Below are positions 1-12,415 of a stretch of DNA of 64,000 bases, in pieces (position 1 is the first letter of the stretch; each line of letters starts with the position of its first letter). A model generated the notes under the pieces. That model searched no databases, was not told where the DNA came from, and saw only the letters and a program-made list of their open reading frames with translations. The stretch spans positions 14,296,644 to 14,360,643 of the forward strand of contig CM120643.1 of NCBI GenBank assembly GCA_051362555.1. The letters are read 5' to 3'. The DNA comes from Lingula anatina (taxonomy: Eukaryota; Animalia; Brachiopoda). The translations under genes and the position numbers were made by a program.

Positions 1-70
1 CGCGCCATGCTCAATGTCAATATTGACAATATTACAAATTTAATATTCTAGTTTCTTTAAAAAAACTCAC

Positions 71-1310
71 CTTCTTGAAATCGTTGACTGCAGTAAATTT
101 TGGGACATCATTGTGTTTCACGCCGAAGAAAGTCTCAGTTTGTGTCTGCAGGTTCACCGCAATCTTCTCTTGAACGATATTACCTTCCTCGTGGAAACGA
201 ACGGCAAAGGTCTGGCGGAAAAAAATAAAAGCGAACGATAAAGAAAAGTATATTGTAAAATAGGAATTACTTGTTTAAATTTCCCGTTTTGTTTAATTAT
301 TCAAATGTCAATTTAAGCCTTGTGATTTTAAACCTCTAAAAATAGATGTAACAGAAACAAAAATTCAATAAGTTTGATGCATGTTATCATTAGAAGCAGT
401 ACTTACTTTTGCTTGCTCTAGCTTGGTTCGTTGTTAAAATAGATAAATGAATAAATAAATAAGGATCGAGAATATCAGTTTAATGCACGTTGTTATACCT
501 GTAAATGAACTTGTGTTCACTCAGTACCAAATTGTGGGAATTGTGATAGTTACCACTTCTCAAAATAACTAAATATGCTATTTATATTTTTTAATTATCT
601 AACGACATGCTACTGATTACTCTTGAAGTGCTTCTAAGAATGTTGGTTAAAAAGCTTACCGCCATTCCGTTTTGCAGATACCCTATGTAAAATCCCCCAG
701 TGATCACCAAGACAACAACAGCCACACCCAAGACGGCAACAGACACCTTCCAGCCCGTCTTGGATTGACCTTTGACCTCAGTTGGTCTGCAAGCCTGGAA
801 ATTAAAATTTTATTATAACTTGTCGTCGATAAAACTCACGACTGCGCAAGAGTGCATTTTGGTTAAGAAAAGATTGAATTCGGACAGGCAGACGGTTTAT
901 AGATTTAAAGCAACTAATATTATAATCAGCATCGTTTTTTATGTTTAATTTTGAATAAGGTTACTTCGGTTGGTTCAGTACCAATCTATAATTAATAGAG
1001 GCCGTGCAAAATACCTTATAATTCCTAATTTTACCGTTGTATTCTCAAGATATATTGGGATAAAGCTTAAAGGTATTTTCACAATGAATAAATAAAAAAA
1101 TGGTGTAAAATACGGAGTGGATTTTTTTTTTTTTTTTTTTTGATAAACATTAGTACAGCAAAGCGGCACTCTTAATGATGCTGTTGTGAAAAGGCATCTC
1201 TTTTCGGTTGCAGTTATAACGTGAAACTTTCCCGGAGGAAGCTTTAAAAAACTTACCGGCGGAAGTCCGACTTGGAAAGAATCGACGGTGGCGACTTTTT
1301 CTGTAGACAT
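71..1310 (-). CDS. BRICHOS-domain type II membrane precursor, tandem copy 1 (5' part only; continues past the window start)
   Basis: GT-AG exons 1257-1310 (MSTEKVATVDSFQVGLPP), 660-794 (ACRPTEVKGQSKTGWKVSVAVLGVAVVVLVITGGFYIGYLQNGMA, TM helix) and 71-211 (TFAVRFHEEGNIVQEKIAVNLQTQTETFFGVKHNDVPKFTAVNDFKK). All are phase 0 and near-identical to copy 2. Probable non-coding first exon ends at 1680. Confidence 0.85.
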
Positions 1311-2042
1311 GCTGATAGATGACGAGCTAGGTTTCACCAACAATCCTGAAAATAAGTCTGTAATTTGATTAACTAGAGAATTTAAGCTTTGTTAAAAAAA
1401 ATACTGATTGCCAACGAAACGATGCACATTGAAGTGTGCAGTTTGCATACACATCATTTTCAAATTAATAGCGAATATAAAGCTTAGTGATATTTGCGCT
1501 TCGTACCACATATAATGTAACGAGTGCGCCTTTTCATCTAAACATTCCCTCAAAAATATGCATTGTTAAGTTAACAAAACATTAGAATTATTGAAATAAT
1601 TGATAAAATTCACCACATTAAATAAAAGTTTCCCTGACGAAAACCTTTCAGCTCAAAGTGTATAAAATCATGTACTTACCTAAGACTGGCTTCGAAGTAA
1701 AGGGACTCTTCACAAACCCTTTGGTTGTAAAAATTTCATTGACGATACAGCCCTATGAGAAATTCGCTGCTTTTAAACACCTCTAAATGTCCTTGAAATA
1801 ATTCTGGCTTCTCTGTTATTGGTAAAAAAAAAAATTTCTTTTCCGCGTTGTTGTGCAATGCTACGTACCAGGCATATAATGCTTTGGGCAGCATTTCCCT
1901 TTTTTTGCATTGTCCGTGAGTGACGAGCCATTTAGGTGTCAGCTGAGGTGTTGACAGTGAATTAAGGTGTCGCCGTCTTCAGATAATTATGATGAACGAG
2001 AAAGAATCATATCCAGTGACTTATAAGGTTACTTTGCGATGC

Positions 2043-2240
2043 GAGGCCCGTAGCCTAGGGGTGGGGGGTGAGGGTGGGGGGAGCTTGCTGGGTTCGAACA
2101 AACCGTCCTTATTGCCAGGAAAAGGTCTACTCTGGATAACATTTGGTCTAGGTACACGAAGGCTTGATGGTTTAAGTCCACTTACCCCCCCCCCCCCCCC
2201 CCCCCCCCCCCCCTTTTTGAAATTGCTGGTTAGGGGCCTG
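2043..2240. mobile_element. MITE of the CAGGCCCGTAGC...GCTACGGGCCTG family, 5-bp TSD
   Basis: Degenerate TIRs flanked by gatgc/gatac. The paralogous copy at 8476-8644 is flanked by gatac/gatac, and another family member lies at 43135-43299. Confidence 0.7.
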
Positions 2241-4416
2241 GATACGTAGATACGTTACCGCAAGATGTTATGATTTCAGAGAAATTCGATGATAGAGATT
2301 GTCTGATCGCCCCGTGTAAACACCGATCATGTATGTCTACTGTCCCATCTTTCTATATGTGAAAATATTATATGAAATCTGCAAGGTGATTTTGTTGTTC
2401 AGTGTACATGTGCTGCAGATTAAAAATCATGAGGCAACATCATGTGGGGTCGCTCGTTACAAAAGTAATTCATGTGGGGCGTTGCTTTTTTTGCTCAGCA
2501 TATATAGTTATCTGGTTATTTCCATGTTATTGTCATAAACGCCAATGCTCCGAGGTAGACCCTATAAAAAAAGAGGACAAAAAGAGGAAAATATAAATAA
2601 GTACCGGTACCAGTACCGCACGCACACCCAATGATCGAATATGTTATTATAAATTTGCATAGTATGTTATGTCATTTTATGTGGTTTTGAGATTTATTAG
2701 TTGACAACCCAGCGAGCATTTATTACAGTTAACTGTTGTTAGAAAAAGGTGTCAAACAGCACACTCCCGTAGGCTCCGTGACTTCATCTATGTCAAAGAG
2801 ACTTTTACCAACTGTGTGGTTTGTGGCGAATCTAAAAAACAAATAAGCCTATGGTTGTGTTTTCAACAGTGTGACTGATGAAGTTCCAAGTGTTGGGGCG
2901 AAAGCTCTCAGGTACGCTTTCAGCTTATGGTGTAGAAATACGAAGAGTTTTTAAAACTATTTTTAAAATAAAAATTTTATCATTATGAATCATATAAATC
3001 ATTTGATCTGCTAGAGTTTGCGTCATTTGTGCATTTTTAAAAGGCATTACACGTGAATTGTAGCTATTATGAAGATCAATGTCAGGCTTTCTCAAACCAG
3101 AAAACTCTCCCCTTCGCCATAACTAATAAAATGCAATAATTTTCTAAGAATAGTGAAATCTGCTGAAGATTGAAGATATGGAGAGTGTGGAGCTTTCAGT
3201 ATAAATGATAAAAACATAAAAAAATGCAAGCATCTCTTAAATTAAATGCATGCATTATTGACTATGATTATTTATGTTATTGACTATTTATCTGAAATAT
3301 ACAGTAATAAAGACCATGTTGTTTGGCCAATAATTTTTTCTTGAATTGTTATCCTTTAGAAGTTTACAGCCTAAAACAAGCCGTCACTTTAACCTAGCTC
3401 AGTAACGCATGCACAGACTTTTTCTGTCCCGAGTCTTGGATGATTTCTTGATATCTTAATTCTTCACACATCTATCTATTTATTTTTTGAAAATATTTTT
3501 TATCTATTTATTTTTTTTCATTTATTTATTATTTTCATGAAATTTAGCTGTGGGGGGAAATAATTTTATGGAGGCTGGAGAAGTCTGACCAAAACAGAAT
3601 GAATTGATTTCAATTAAAAAGAAAATTCATAAAGTTCTTCATAGACACTACAACTATTTGTTATGCTATAAATTTTAAACAATCCATGATGTATGACTAG
3701 TATGTCAGTTATATTGGATTTATCATTATATAGCATCTCTGCCTCTAATTTGTTTATTGCAAAAACACCTATAAGGAAGTAGATGTTGATATTTCATTTA
3801 CACAATGCCGAGTTCCTATGACCAAATACCGCCCATTATGATGCGTATCCGAACATCATGGATCTAACGTGAAGTCGACTAAATCTTTGATGATGACTAT
3901 TTGAATATAATAAAGAAAGTGACTACCATTAAATGAATATTTATTGCACCTTGTGTACCGGTGAAAATGTATACGTGGATATAAATATATAAGAATGTGA
4001 CATTGGTTTACAATATTAAACACGCAACTAAACATGATAACTATAATTAGGAATGATTAAATGTAAACAATCCACGTGGTTATCTTGACATTTCATTTAA
4101 CATCAGAGTGATACAAAATGTGAAGACTCAAATGGTCATTTTAGGATTTATTTTGTACCTTGTCAATATTCTAACAAATAGAGCTGTAATTAATGTATTT
4201 ATCACTCAGATTATAGCATACATTGTTCTATCATAAACAACATGATATATTATGAAAATGCACTTTTTAACATGCAAGCATGCATTCTATATCGTCAACA
4301 GATTAGTTTGACCCGGTAGAGAATTTTAAGATATTTTAAATATTTAAAAGATATTTTACATTTTTCAAGACAAATTGTGCACAAAAATAGCGTAAAGCCA
4401 TTCTCTCTCGCGATGT

Positions 4417-7400
4417 TTAGAAACTAACTGTGAAGATATGTCTCCCAAATACACGAACGCATACAGCTACACTTCGTTGTGCTTCTCTTAATTCTGGTGC
4501 TACGCGTCTCTGCCCTATAAAAGAAAAAAAACCTTAAATTATTTCCCGACTGATTTCCGAAAATATGCATCAACGATTTTTTAACCTTGAAGTTTGAACC
4601 AACTAGTAAAATTAGGAAAAAAGAACAGAACACGAGGGTTAAAATTGAGAGGAAGAAATAGCAATCTGCGGAGTATTTTACTATGATGACAGATCTATAA
4701 AGACTAATATGTCACTTACTGGAGTTGACTCCTGGAGAGCTGACAGGTACAGTCCAATATACAGGTAAACCTTGGCAGTGGCTCTTGATTTCAGCAGGTA
4801 AGAAAGAAGCGTCCCCAATGGCGGGCTTGACTGTCTTGAAATAGTGGTATTCGCGTGGCACCTCATCCCAAGTTTCGTTCTATAACGATAATACAATAAG
4901 ATGTTAATGAGCATAAATTTAAATTGCGAAACTGAAATTCAACTGTATAAAAAATGCGACCAAATCTGGGACAGCAGTGATGCATCACATTTAATTGAAA
5001 ATTAAGTAACGACCAAAGTATTAGATAATTAGTTTTAACACACAATTTACAATTAACAAGTGACTTCAACACTTGTCCATTACTTAACGGTCTTGCTCTT
5101 AAAATATGTTTTGTCACGCTCTACAAACATGCTGCTGTTGACGGCGACAATTTAATCACGCAGTCACAACTAACGCAATGTCGCTATCATCAGTTTATGA
5201 ATATTTGAGTAGTTTTTAGTTGCAGCAGCTATATAAGCCAGTGCATATTAGTGCTGGAGGCAGTCAGGTTGTTTGCTTCAGTTCGTAATAAGGCAGATGT
5301 CTAGAACATTTTGTACGTTTGAATTTAGTTGTTAATTTATATCGATATGGATGATATAAGTAAATCGTCGTCATCTTAACGGATTAAATAAGTCAGGGGT
5401 TATGTTTCGAGTTCATGGAAGATGTCATCTTTTATAATGATATTCTGTTAATATGATTCTGTATATTAATATTCTGTACATTATCCTTTTAGACGATCCT
5501 GTCTTATCGTGGCCGTCATAGTTGCTGCTAAATTTAAGTTGCCAAATATTATGTGAGTATTATTATCAGAAAATATATAACAAAACTAGATCTTCAAAAT
5601 ACTTAACTATGTATTTATGGTGTCATGTTACATTGTTGTCGTTAATAACATGTATTTTGCTCGGCCTCTCTCTTTTTTAATTTAATTTGTGTATACATTT
5701 ATTGTATTTCAGTCTCTTTGTTATTTATTATTTCATTATTATAAATGTATTTATTGCTTTTTACTTTAGTTTCATCACTACCAATAGCACTAGCATTATG
5801 TGTCATTACGTAGGTGAACAATAAAGTAATGACTTAAAAGTCATGTTTTTGAGACTTGATGTCAGCAGCAACACATGCGTTAAGGCTAACACGTCTTCAG
5901 TCGCGTGAACGATTGCGTGCGTTCCTTGCTTTTTTACCTTGAGTCTGTTGTCGTTTTCTAAGACACCAGCTGCCACTTTTTATATTAGGTAGCCAAATAT
6001 CGATAATTCTAAGCGACCCTGTAACTGCCGATTTTTAAGCTCCAAAATCTTAAAACTAAGACATAAATATCTTTGACATGCCACCAAAAGTACTGAAGGA
6101 AATCTCTGCGAGCAGTTTGTCTACTCACAGCGTGGGCATCCAGTTCGTTCTTGAGATCCTGGGGTTTTGGGAAGGTTGTATCTAGCACTCGGACGTAGCA
6201 GGCCCCGGCAGAAGGTACATGAACAACGGTGATGCCCTTTAAGATAAAAGTGGACAATGATTTTAGTTAAACAGAAATTTTGTGACCTCAAGCACCTAAG
6301 TATGAATGATTGATATGATATGATATTTCAAAACAGAATTGTCTTTCCAAAATAATGAAACTACATCATATACAATTGATCGATGGAATTCAATGCGCCG
6401 TTGTTTGTAATCTACATTTTATTGTCTGAGATAAGAAAACGTCGAGCTAAGGAAAATAAAAAGCCATGAAGCATCATTTTGAGCGCAATGCTTAATGTCA
6501 ATATTACAAATTTAATATATTTAAGTTTCTTTAAATAAAACCTACCTGCTTGAAATCGTTGACTGCAGTAAATTTTGGGACATCATTGTGTTTCACGCCG
6601 AAGAAAGTCTCAGTTTGTGTCTGCAGGTTCACTGCAATCTTTTCCTGAACGATATTACCTTTCTCGTGGAAGCGAACGGCAAAGGTCTGGTAGAGAATAT
6701 AAAAGCGAACGATAAAGAATAGTATATCGTAAAATAGGAAATACTTGTTTAAATTTCCCGTTTTGTTTAATTATTATTAAAATGTCAGCTTAAGCCTTGT
6801 GATTTAAAACCACTAAGAATAGTTGTAACAGAAACAAAAATTTCAATAAGTAGGCCTACATGTATGTTACATGTTATTGTTAGAAGCAGTACTTACTTTT
6901 GCTTGCTCTAGCATGGTTCGTTGCTAGAATAGATAAATGAATAAATAAATAAGGATCGAGAATGTCAGTTTAATGCATACTGATATACATGTAAATATAC
7001 ATGTGTTCACTCATTCCAAATTGTGGGAATTGTGATAGTAACCACTTCATAAAATAACTAAATATGTTATGTATATTTTTGAATTATCTAACGACAAAAG
7101 CTACTGATCACTCTTAAATTACTCTAGAATGCTAGTTTTAAAAAGCTTACCGCCAGTTCGTTTTGCAGATATCCTATGTAAAATCCTCCAGTGATCACCA
7201 AAACAACAACAGCCACAGATAAAACAGCAACGGACACCTTCCAGCCCGTCTTGGATTGACCTTTGACCTCAGTTGGTCTGTAAGCCTGGAAATTAAAATT
7301 TTATTCTTACTTGTGGTCAATGAAACTCACGACTACCCGAGAGCAAATTTTGTTAAGAAAAAATTGAAATAGGACAGAGATATATGTAGATTTAAAGCTA

Positions 7401-7733
7401 CTATTATGTTGATCAGCGGCGCATTTTAAATTTATTTTTGAATAAGGTAACTTCGACTGGTTTGGTTGCATTCTCAAGATTCATTGGCATATAGATGTGC
7501 CAGCCTTAAAGATATTTTCAAAATAAGTAAATAAATAATGGTGTAAAATACAGAATGGAATGATCATATGTCCGGCGAAACGATACTCTTAATGGTGTAG
7601 TTGTGAACCGGCACCTCTTGTCGGTTAAAGTTATATTTCAAACGTGAAACTTAACTGGCGGAAGCTTTAAAAAACTTACCGGTGGAAGTCCGACTTGGAA
7701 AGAATCGACGGTGGCGACTTTTTCTGTAGACAT
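4417..7733 (-). CDS. BRICHOS-domain type II membrane precursor with C-terminal furin-released peptide, tandem copy 2 (complete, 231 aa)
   Basis: Exons 7680-7733, 7151-7285, 6546-6686, 6129-6236, 4720-4879 and 4417-4514 join in frame (696 nt). TM helix, then the BRICHOS hallmarks NDFKQ-GITVVHVPSAGACYVR and SHCQGLPVYW (conserved Asp, two Cys, YW), then RQRR and VAPELREAQRSVAVCVRVFGRHIFTVSF-stop. Confidence 0.88.
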
Positions 7734-9263
7734 GCTGATAGAAGTTAAGTTAGGTTTAACAGAGAATCCTGAAAATAAGTTCGTAATTTGATTTATTAGA
7801 GATTTTAAGATTTGTTTAAAATACTGATTACCTACGAAACGATGCACTTTGAAATGTGCAGTTTGAATACAGATGTATATGCACCATTTTCACATTAACA
7901 GTGAGTATAAAGCTTAGTGATATTTGCGTTTCATACCACATATAATGTAACGAGTGTTCCTTTTCATCTAAGTGAACTCTCAAAGATTTGCATTGTTGAG
8001 CAGACCAAACCTAAAATAATTGAAATAACTGAGAAATAACACCACATAAAATTAAAGTTTCCCTGACGAAAACGTTTCAACTGAAAGTGTATAAATTCAT
8101 GTTCTTACCTAAGACTGACCTCGAGTGAAAAGTCTTCTCCTCACAGACCTTATGGTTGTAACTTTTTCAGAAACGATACAGCCCTATGCGAAATTCGCTG
8201 CTTTTAAACACAACTGAATATCCTGGAAACAATTTTGGCTTCTCTGTTATTGGTCAGAAAATATTTCCTTTCCGCGTTGTTGTGCAATGGGACGTACGAG
8301 GCACATAATGCTTTGGGCAGTAGTTCCCCTTTGTACATTGTCCGTGAGCGACGAGCCGTTTAGGTGTGGCGACTGAGGTGTTGACAGTGAATTAAGGTGT
8401 CGCCGTCTTCAGATAAATTGTGGTGAACGAGATAGAATCGTTTTCAGTGACTAGTTAGTTGTTACTTTGTGATACGGAGGGGGAGAGAGGGGGGGGGAGG
8501 TCGAACGAACCGCATTTTTTTGACCGGAAAAGGTCCACTCTGGGTAAAATTTGGTCTAGGTACACGAAGGTTTTACATGGTATAAGTCTATTTTTTCGGA
8601 AAAAATATCCCCCCCCCCCTTCGAAATTGCTGTTTACGGGCCTAGATACGTTACCGCAAGATGATATCATTTCAGAGAATTTCGATGATAGAGATTGTCT
8701 GATCGCACCGTGTAAACTTTGAATGGTATAATGGTGTAATGTTTGCTACATCCATGTCGACTGTCTTATCTTTCCAGATGTGAAGATATTATATGAAAGT
8801 GTGCTGCAGATTAAAATTAAAATTATGAGACAACATCAATGAGTCATCAGCTCATTTGGAGTCGCTTGTTATAAAACTAATTGCTACAAAAATAATTCAC
8901 ATGGGGCGTTTAAATTTTTGCTCAGCGTATATAATTATCTGGTTATTTCCATTTTATTTTCATAAACGGGAAGGCACCGATGTAGACCCTATAAAAAAGA
9001 TGACAAAAAAGGAAAATGTAAATAAGTACCGGTGCTGCATGCTCACTCTACTGGTACGTGTACAATTGAATGTGCAAATGTGGTATTTTGCTGTTTTTTA
9101 ATGGAATTCTTGTGTGTTATTATAAATTTGCATATTAAAAATGTCATTTTATGTGGTTTTGAGATTTATTAGTTGACAACCCAGCAAGCATTTATTACAA
9201 TTAACTGTTGTCAGAAAAAGGTGTCAAACCGCACACTCCCATAGTAGTCTCGGTGACTTCGAC

Positions 9264-9432
9264 CAGGGGCGGATTTAGGCCGTCTTCTGGGTCTTCCGGA
9301 AGACGAACAGATTTTCAAGTTTACATTGATGGGTATCTAATTTTTTTCTGTCGGAAGTCGGTCAAAAATGGAGGATGGATCAATAAAGATAATTTGGAAG
9401 ACTGTCAGAAAATATCTCTGGACCCGCCCCTG
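9264..9432. mobile_element. MITE CAGGGGCGG...CCGCCCCTG, 5-bp TSD (tcgac)
   Basis: TIRs with a tcgac duplication. Absent from the paralogous site in copy 1 (about 2786). Same family at 32813-32979 and truncated at about 34102-34177. Confidence 0.85.
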
Positions 9433-9776
9433 TCGACTATCTCAAAGGGACAGGATTCTACCAACTGCGTGGTTTGTGGCCAATCTAAATAACAACTAGG
9501 CCTATGGTTGTGTTTTCAACGGGGGGAAAGGATCATATACATCATTTGATCTGCTGAAGGCTGCATCGTTTGTGCATTTTTTAAAGGCATTGCCCGTGAA
9601 AGAATTGTAGGTATTAGGAAGAGCAATGTCAGGCCAGGGAACTCTTCCCTTCGCTCATAACCAATAAAATGCAACACGTTTCTGAAATATAGTGAAATCG
9701 ACAGAAGATTAAAGAGATGTAACGCATGCACAGGCTTTTTCTGTCCTGAGTCTTGGATGATTTCTTGATATCTTAA

Positions 9777-10113
9777 AGGGATAATAACTCTTCGTTTCGG
9801 CCAAAAAATGAATTTTCCTGGAGTAAACAACAATTTTCCCATACTTACCAATGGTTAATAAATCCATTTTCACATTCAAAGTTAGTCCCTGTTTTTTTTC
9901 TAAAAAGTTTGGTTTTTTGTTAAAATCTCTTAAGAGATTTTAACAGAGTATAGCCATCAATGGAGGTCACGTGGTCTAAAGACAAGCTCAGATATCAGAA
10001 TAATAGCTATAACTGCCGTTTTTGTGGTAAAACAGAATATATTTTATTTCTATGAGTTATTCACAATGTTTTTATTGTGAAATATAGATCTCATATGAAG
10101 AGTTATTATCCCT
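9777..10113. mobile_element. Non-autonomous DNA transposon with TTAA TSD (Kolobok-like termini)
   Basis: ttaa|agggataataactcttc ... gaagagttattatccct|ttaa. The paralogous site in copy 1 (about 3455) has a single ttaa. A related inverted copy starts at about 41250. Confidence 0.85.
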
Positions 10114-12163
10114 TTAATTTTTCACAAATCTATCTATTTATATTTTGAAAATATTTTTATCTATTTATTATTTTTTCATTTATTTATCATTTTCATGAAA
10201 TTTAGCTTTGAGGGAAATGTACAATGGAGGCTGGAGAAGTCTGACCAAGACAGAATGAATTGATTTAAATTAAAAAGAAAATTCATTACGTAGTTTATAG
10301 ACACTGCAACTATTTGTTATGCTATAAATTTTCAACAATCTATGATTTATGACTAGCACGTCAGTTATATTGGATTTATCATTGTATAGCATCTCTGCCT
10401 CTTATTTGTTTATTGCAATTTCACCTATAAGGAAGTAGATGTAGCTATTTCATTTACACAATGCCGAGTTCCTATGACCAAATACCGCCTATTACGATGC
10501 GTATCCGACATATATATAGATTATAATGGTTTTCCTGACACCTGCTGTCCTCGATTAGGACACGGGAGGTCATTTCACTCGCCTGACCGCTTCTTCGCGC
10601 ATATGGGATGCCCGGATAGAGAAAAAAGATTTCCGTTTTTTACGTTCCGTATTGTTATTGTTGTGGACGTTCAGTTACAAAAAAGGGTAAATAATTAATT
10701 GCAGCATAATGCAAGGATGGATTTGACTTGGAATTTTCGAATCTTTATATTTTTATCTTTATTTCATGTTTATCTGCAGAAAGGTTGCGCTTAAAAACCA
10801 TTGCAGCATAATGCAAAGAGATTTACCTAGAAAATGCCAAATCTTTAAATTTTATTTTAATGTTTATACACAGGAAAATTGCATCCTTAAAACCGCACAT
10901 GTTATTATAGATCGATAGATAGGTATTGCTTGAACCCTCCAGGATGCCACGAAAAAAATTATTCCATCATTATCACAAAATCCGAAAAGCATATGCCATG
11001 CTGTTCAAGGTAAATTATTTGAATGCACCATAACGTTAACTTAGCATCGTCACAGCTTATGCTCAAACCGTGCAAGAAAAAAAACCTGACTGAGTGAAGG
11101 AGGAAATAGATGAACAAGAAGATTGATACGTAACACGAGGTGGCAAGGACCGAACATCGTATGCGCGCCCGCGAGTTAGATGTCCCTGTAAATTGTCATA
11201 TTATCACCATCCTTCCGCTGATAATTGGGGGTTTCTCCATAAATTGGCCACGTCCTTCCTTAAACTGGACGCTTGGACAACGAAGGACGAGGAAATAAAA
11301 CGCAGTAACCTTAAGTGGCGTTAACAGTGCGGACAGTGCCAATTTGTTAAGGTCTGCTTTTAATGGGGTTTAGTTCTTCCATTTTTTCTTTTTTTTAAAC
11401 TCTGATTTAATTCCAGTTTCACTGCATACGCCAGCTGTACCCCTCTCTCTGGTATACAGTGCACTGGTTATCCATGTTGGTTAGATAGACTTCGATTTCT
11501 ATAGTTTGTGAAAGTCGTCTACAATAACAGTCGAACATTTTAAAAATCGTTAACCTTTAACCCCACATGACAAAGCAATGAGATTAGCAGTTGACAGTTG
11601 GATTTTGGCTCCATTAGGAAGATTGCAAGGGGCATATTATTTTCTTAATTCGGAAATTTGGCAGCCAATTTGATAAAAAAATGTTATCTTATAAAATCCC
11701 ATTGAATACTTTCTTTTTTGCATTGCTAATGCTGAATGTTGTTAAGCTTTGTTGTTAAGCTTTAAAATGTGTTTCTATCGTATATTTCTTACATTTAGAT
11801 GAAGCAAACACTTTCTAACGGAATATGTTATCATTTGCCGTCTTTTTGTCTCACGTTTTCCTATCAGTATGCATGTCGATGTGAAAAGTTGCCAGAATTA
11901 TTTTACCTTTATGCATACCTTTGTTTGGAGATAAGACACTACAAGATGAAGGTGTTTTTAAACAGATGGCAAATTGAAGTAGAATCCACTATATTTAAGG
12001 TATGCATTACTCATGTATACCGTATTTTCTATTCGACGTATAATTGTTTCAATGTTATCAAATTTCTAGTTGAGCTACGATTGTTACATGTTTATAATGC
12101 TATAATGCCAGGATCAAACGAAATGACTTAAAAAGAAATTCTACTCTTGAAAGCGTTAATTTG

Positions 12164-12199
<36 letters not shown>

Positions 12200-12379
12200 G
12201 CCCCCCCCCCCCCCCCCCCATTTACGAAAAGATGCCAAAGCAATTACTCCAACATCCTATCTACGTTTTTATTGTAAATTGGGAAGATTGGTGTTAATTT
12301 ACCGTATAGATCTTAAAGGAAAAAATAAGTATTATTACTGATGCATCTGTGAAGATCTACTTTACAGATGTCATATATG

Positions 12380-12415
12380 ATCCAAGCTTTCGGCCCCTAG
12401 GCCTTCTTCGGGGAT
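12380..12415 (-). ncRNA. Penelope-type minimal hammerhead ribozyme motif, probably degenerate (core U4 to C)
   Basis: Minus strand reads ATCC-CCGAAGA-A-GGCC-TAGG-GGCC-GAAA-GCTT-GGAT: stem I ATCC/GGAT, stem II GGCC/GGCC, palindromic AAGCTT stem III. Confidence 0.5.

Larger units (their letters stand above)
1..10510. repeat. Tandem segmental duplication (about 1-3850 similar to about 6483-10510)
   Basis: Colinear high similarity across exons, introns and upstream DNA, e.g. 61-240 vs 6541-6720 and 3421-3850 vs 9721-10510, interrupted by copy-specific insertions. Confidence 0.92.

Noticed and set aside
975-1343. 122-aa ORF (and its paralog 7638-7847) as a stand-alone gene
   Set aside because: Only the 18 codons MSTEK...GLPP are exonic. 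The rest is intron read-through past a GTAAGT donor.
4424-4633. ORF-track frame giving RIKR-STTKCSCMRSCIWETYLHS, which also looks like a furin site plus a Cys peptide
   Set aside because: It needs a phase-2 junction, but the strong donor (TCC A|gtaagt at 4720) is phase 1 and gives the RQRR frame. Only cDNA showing another splice would revive it.
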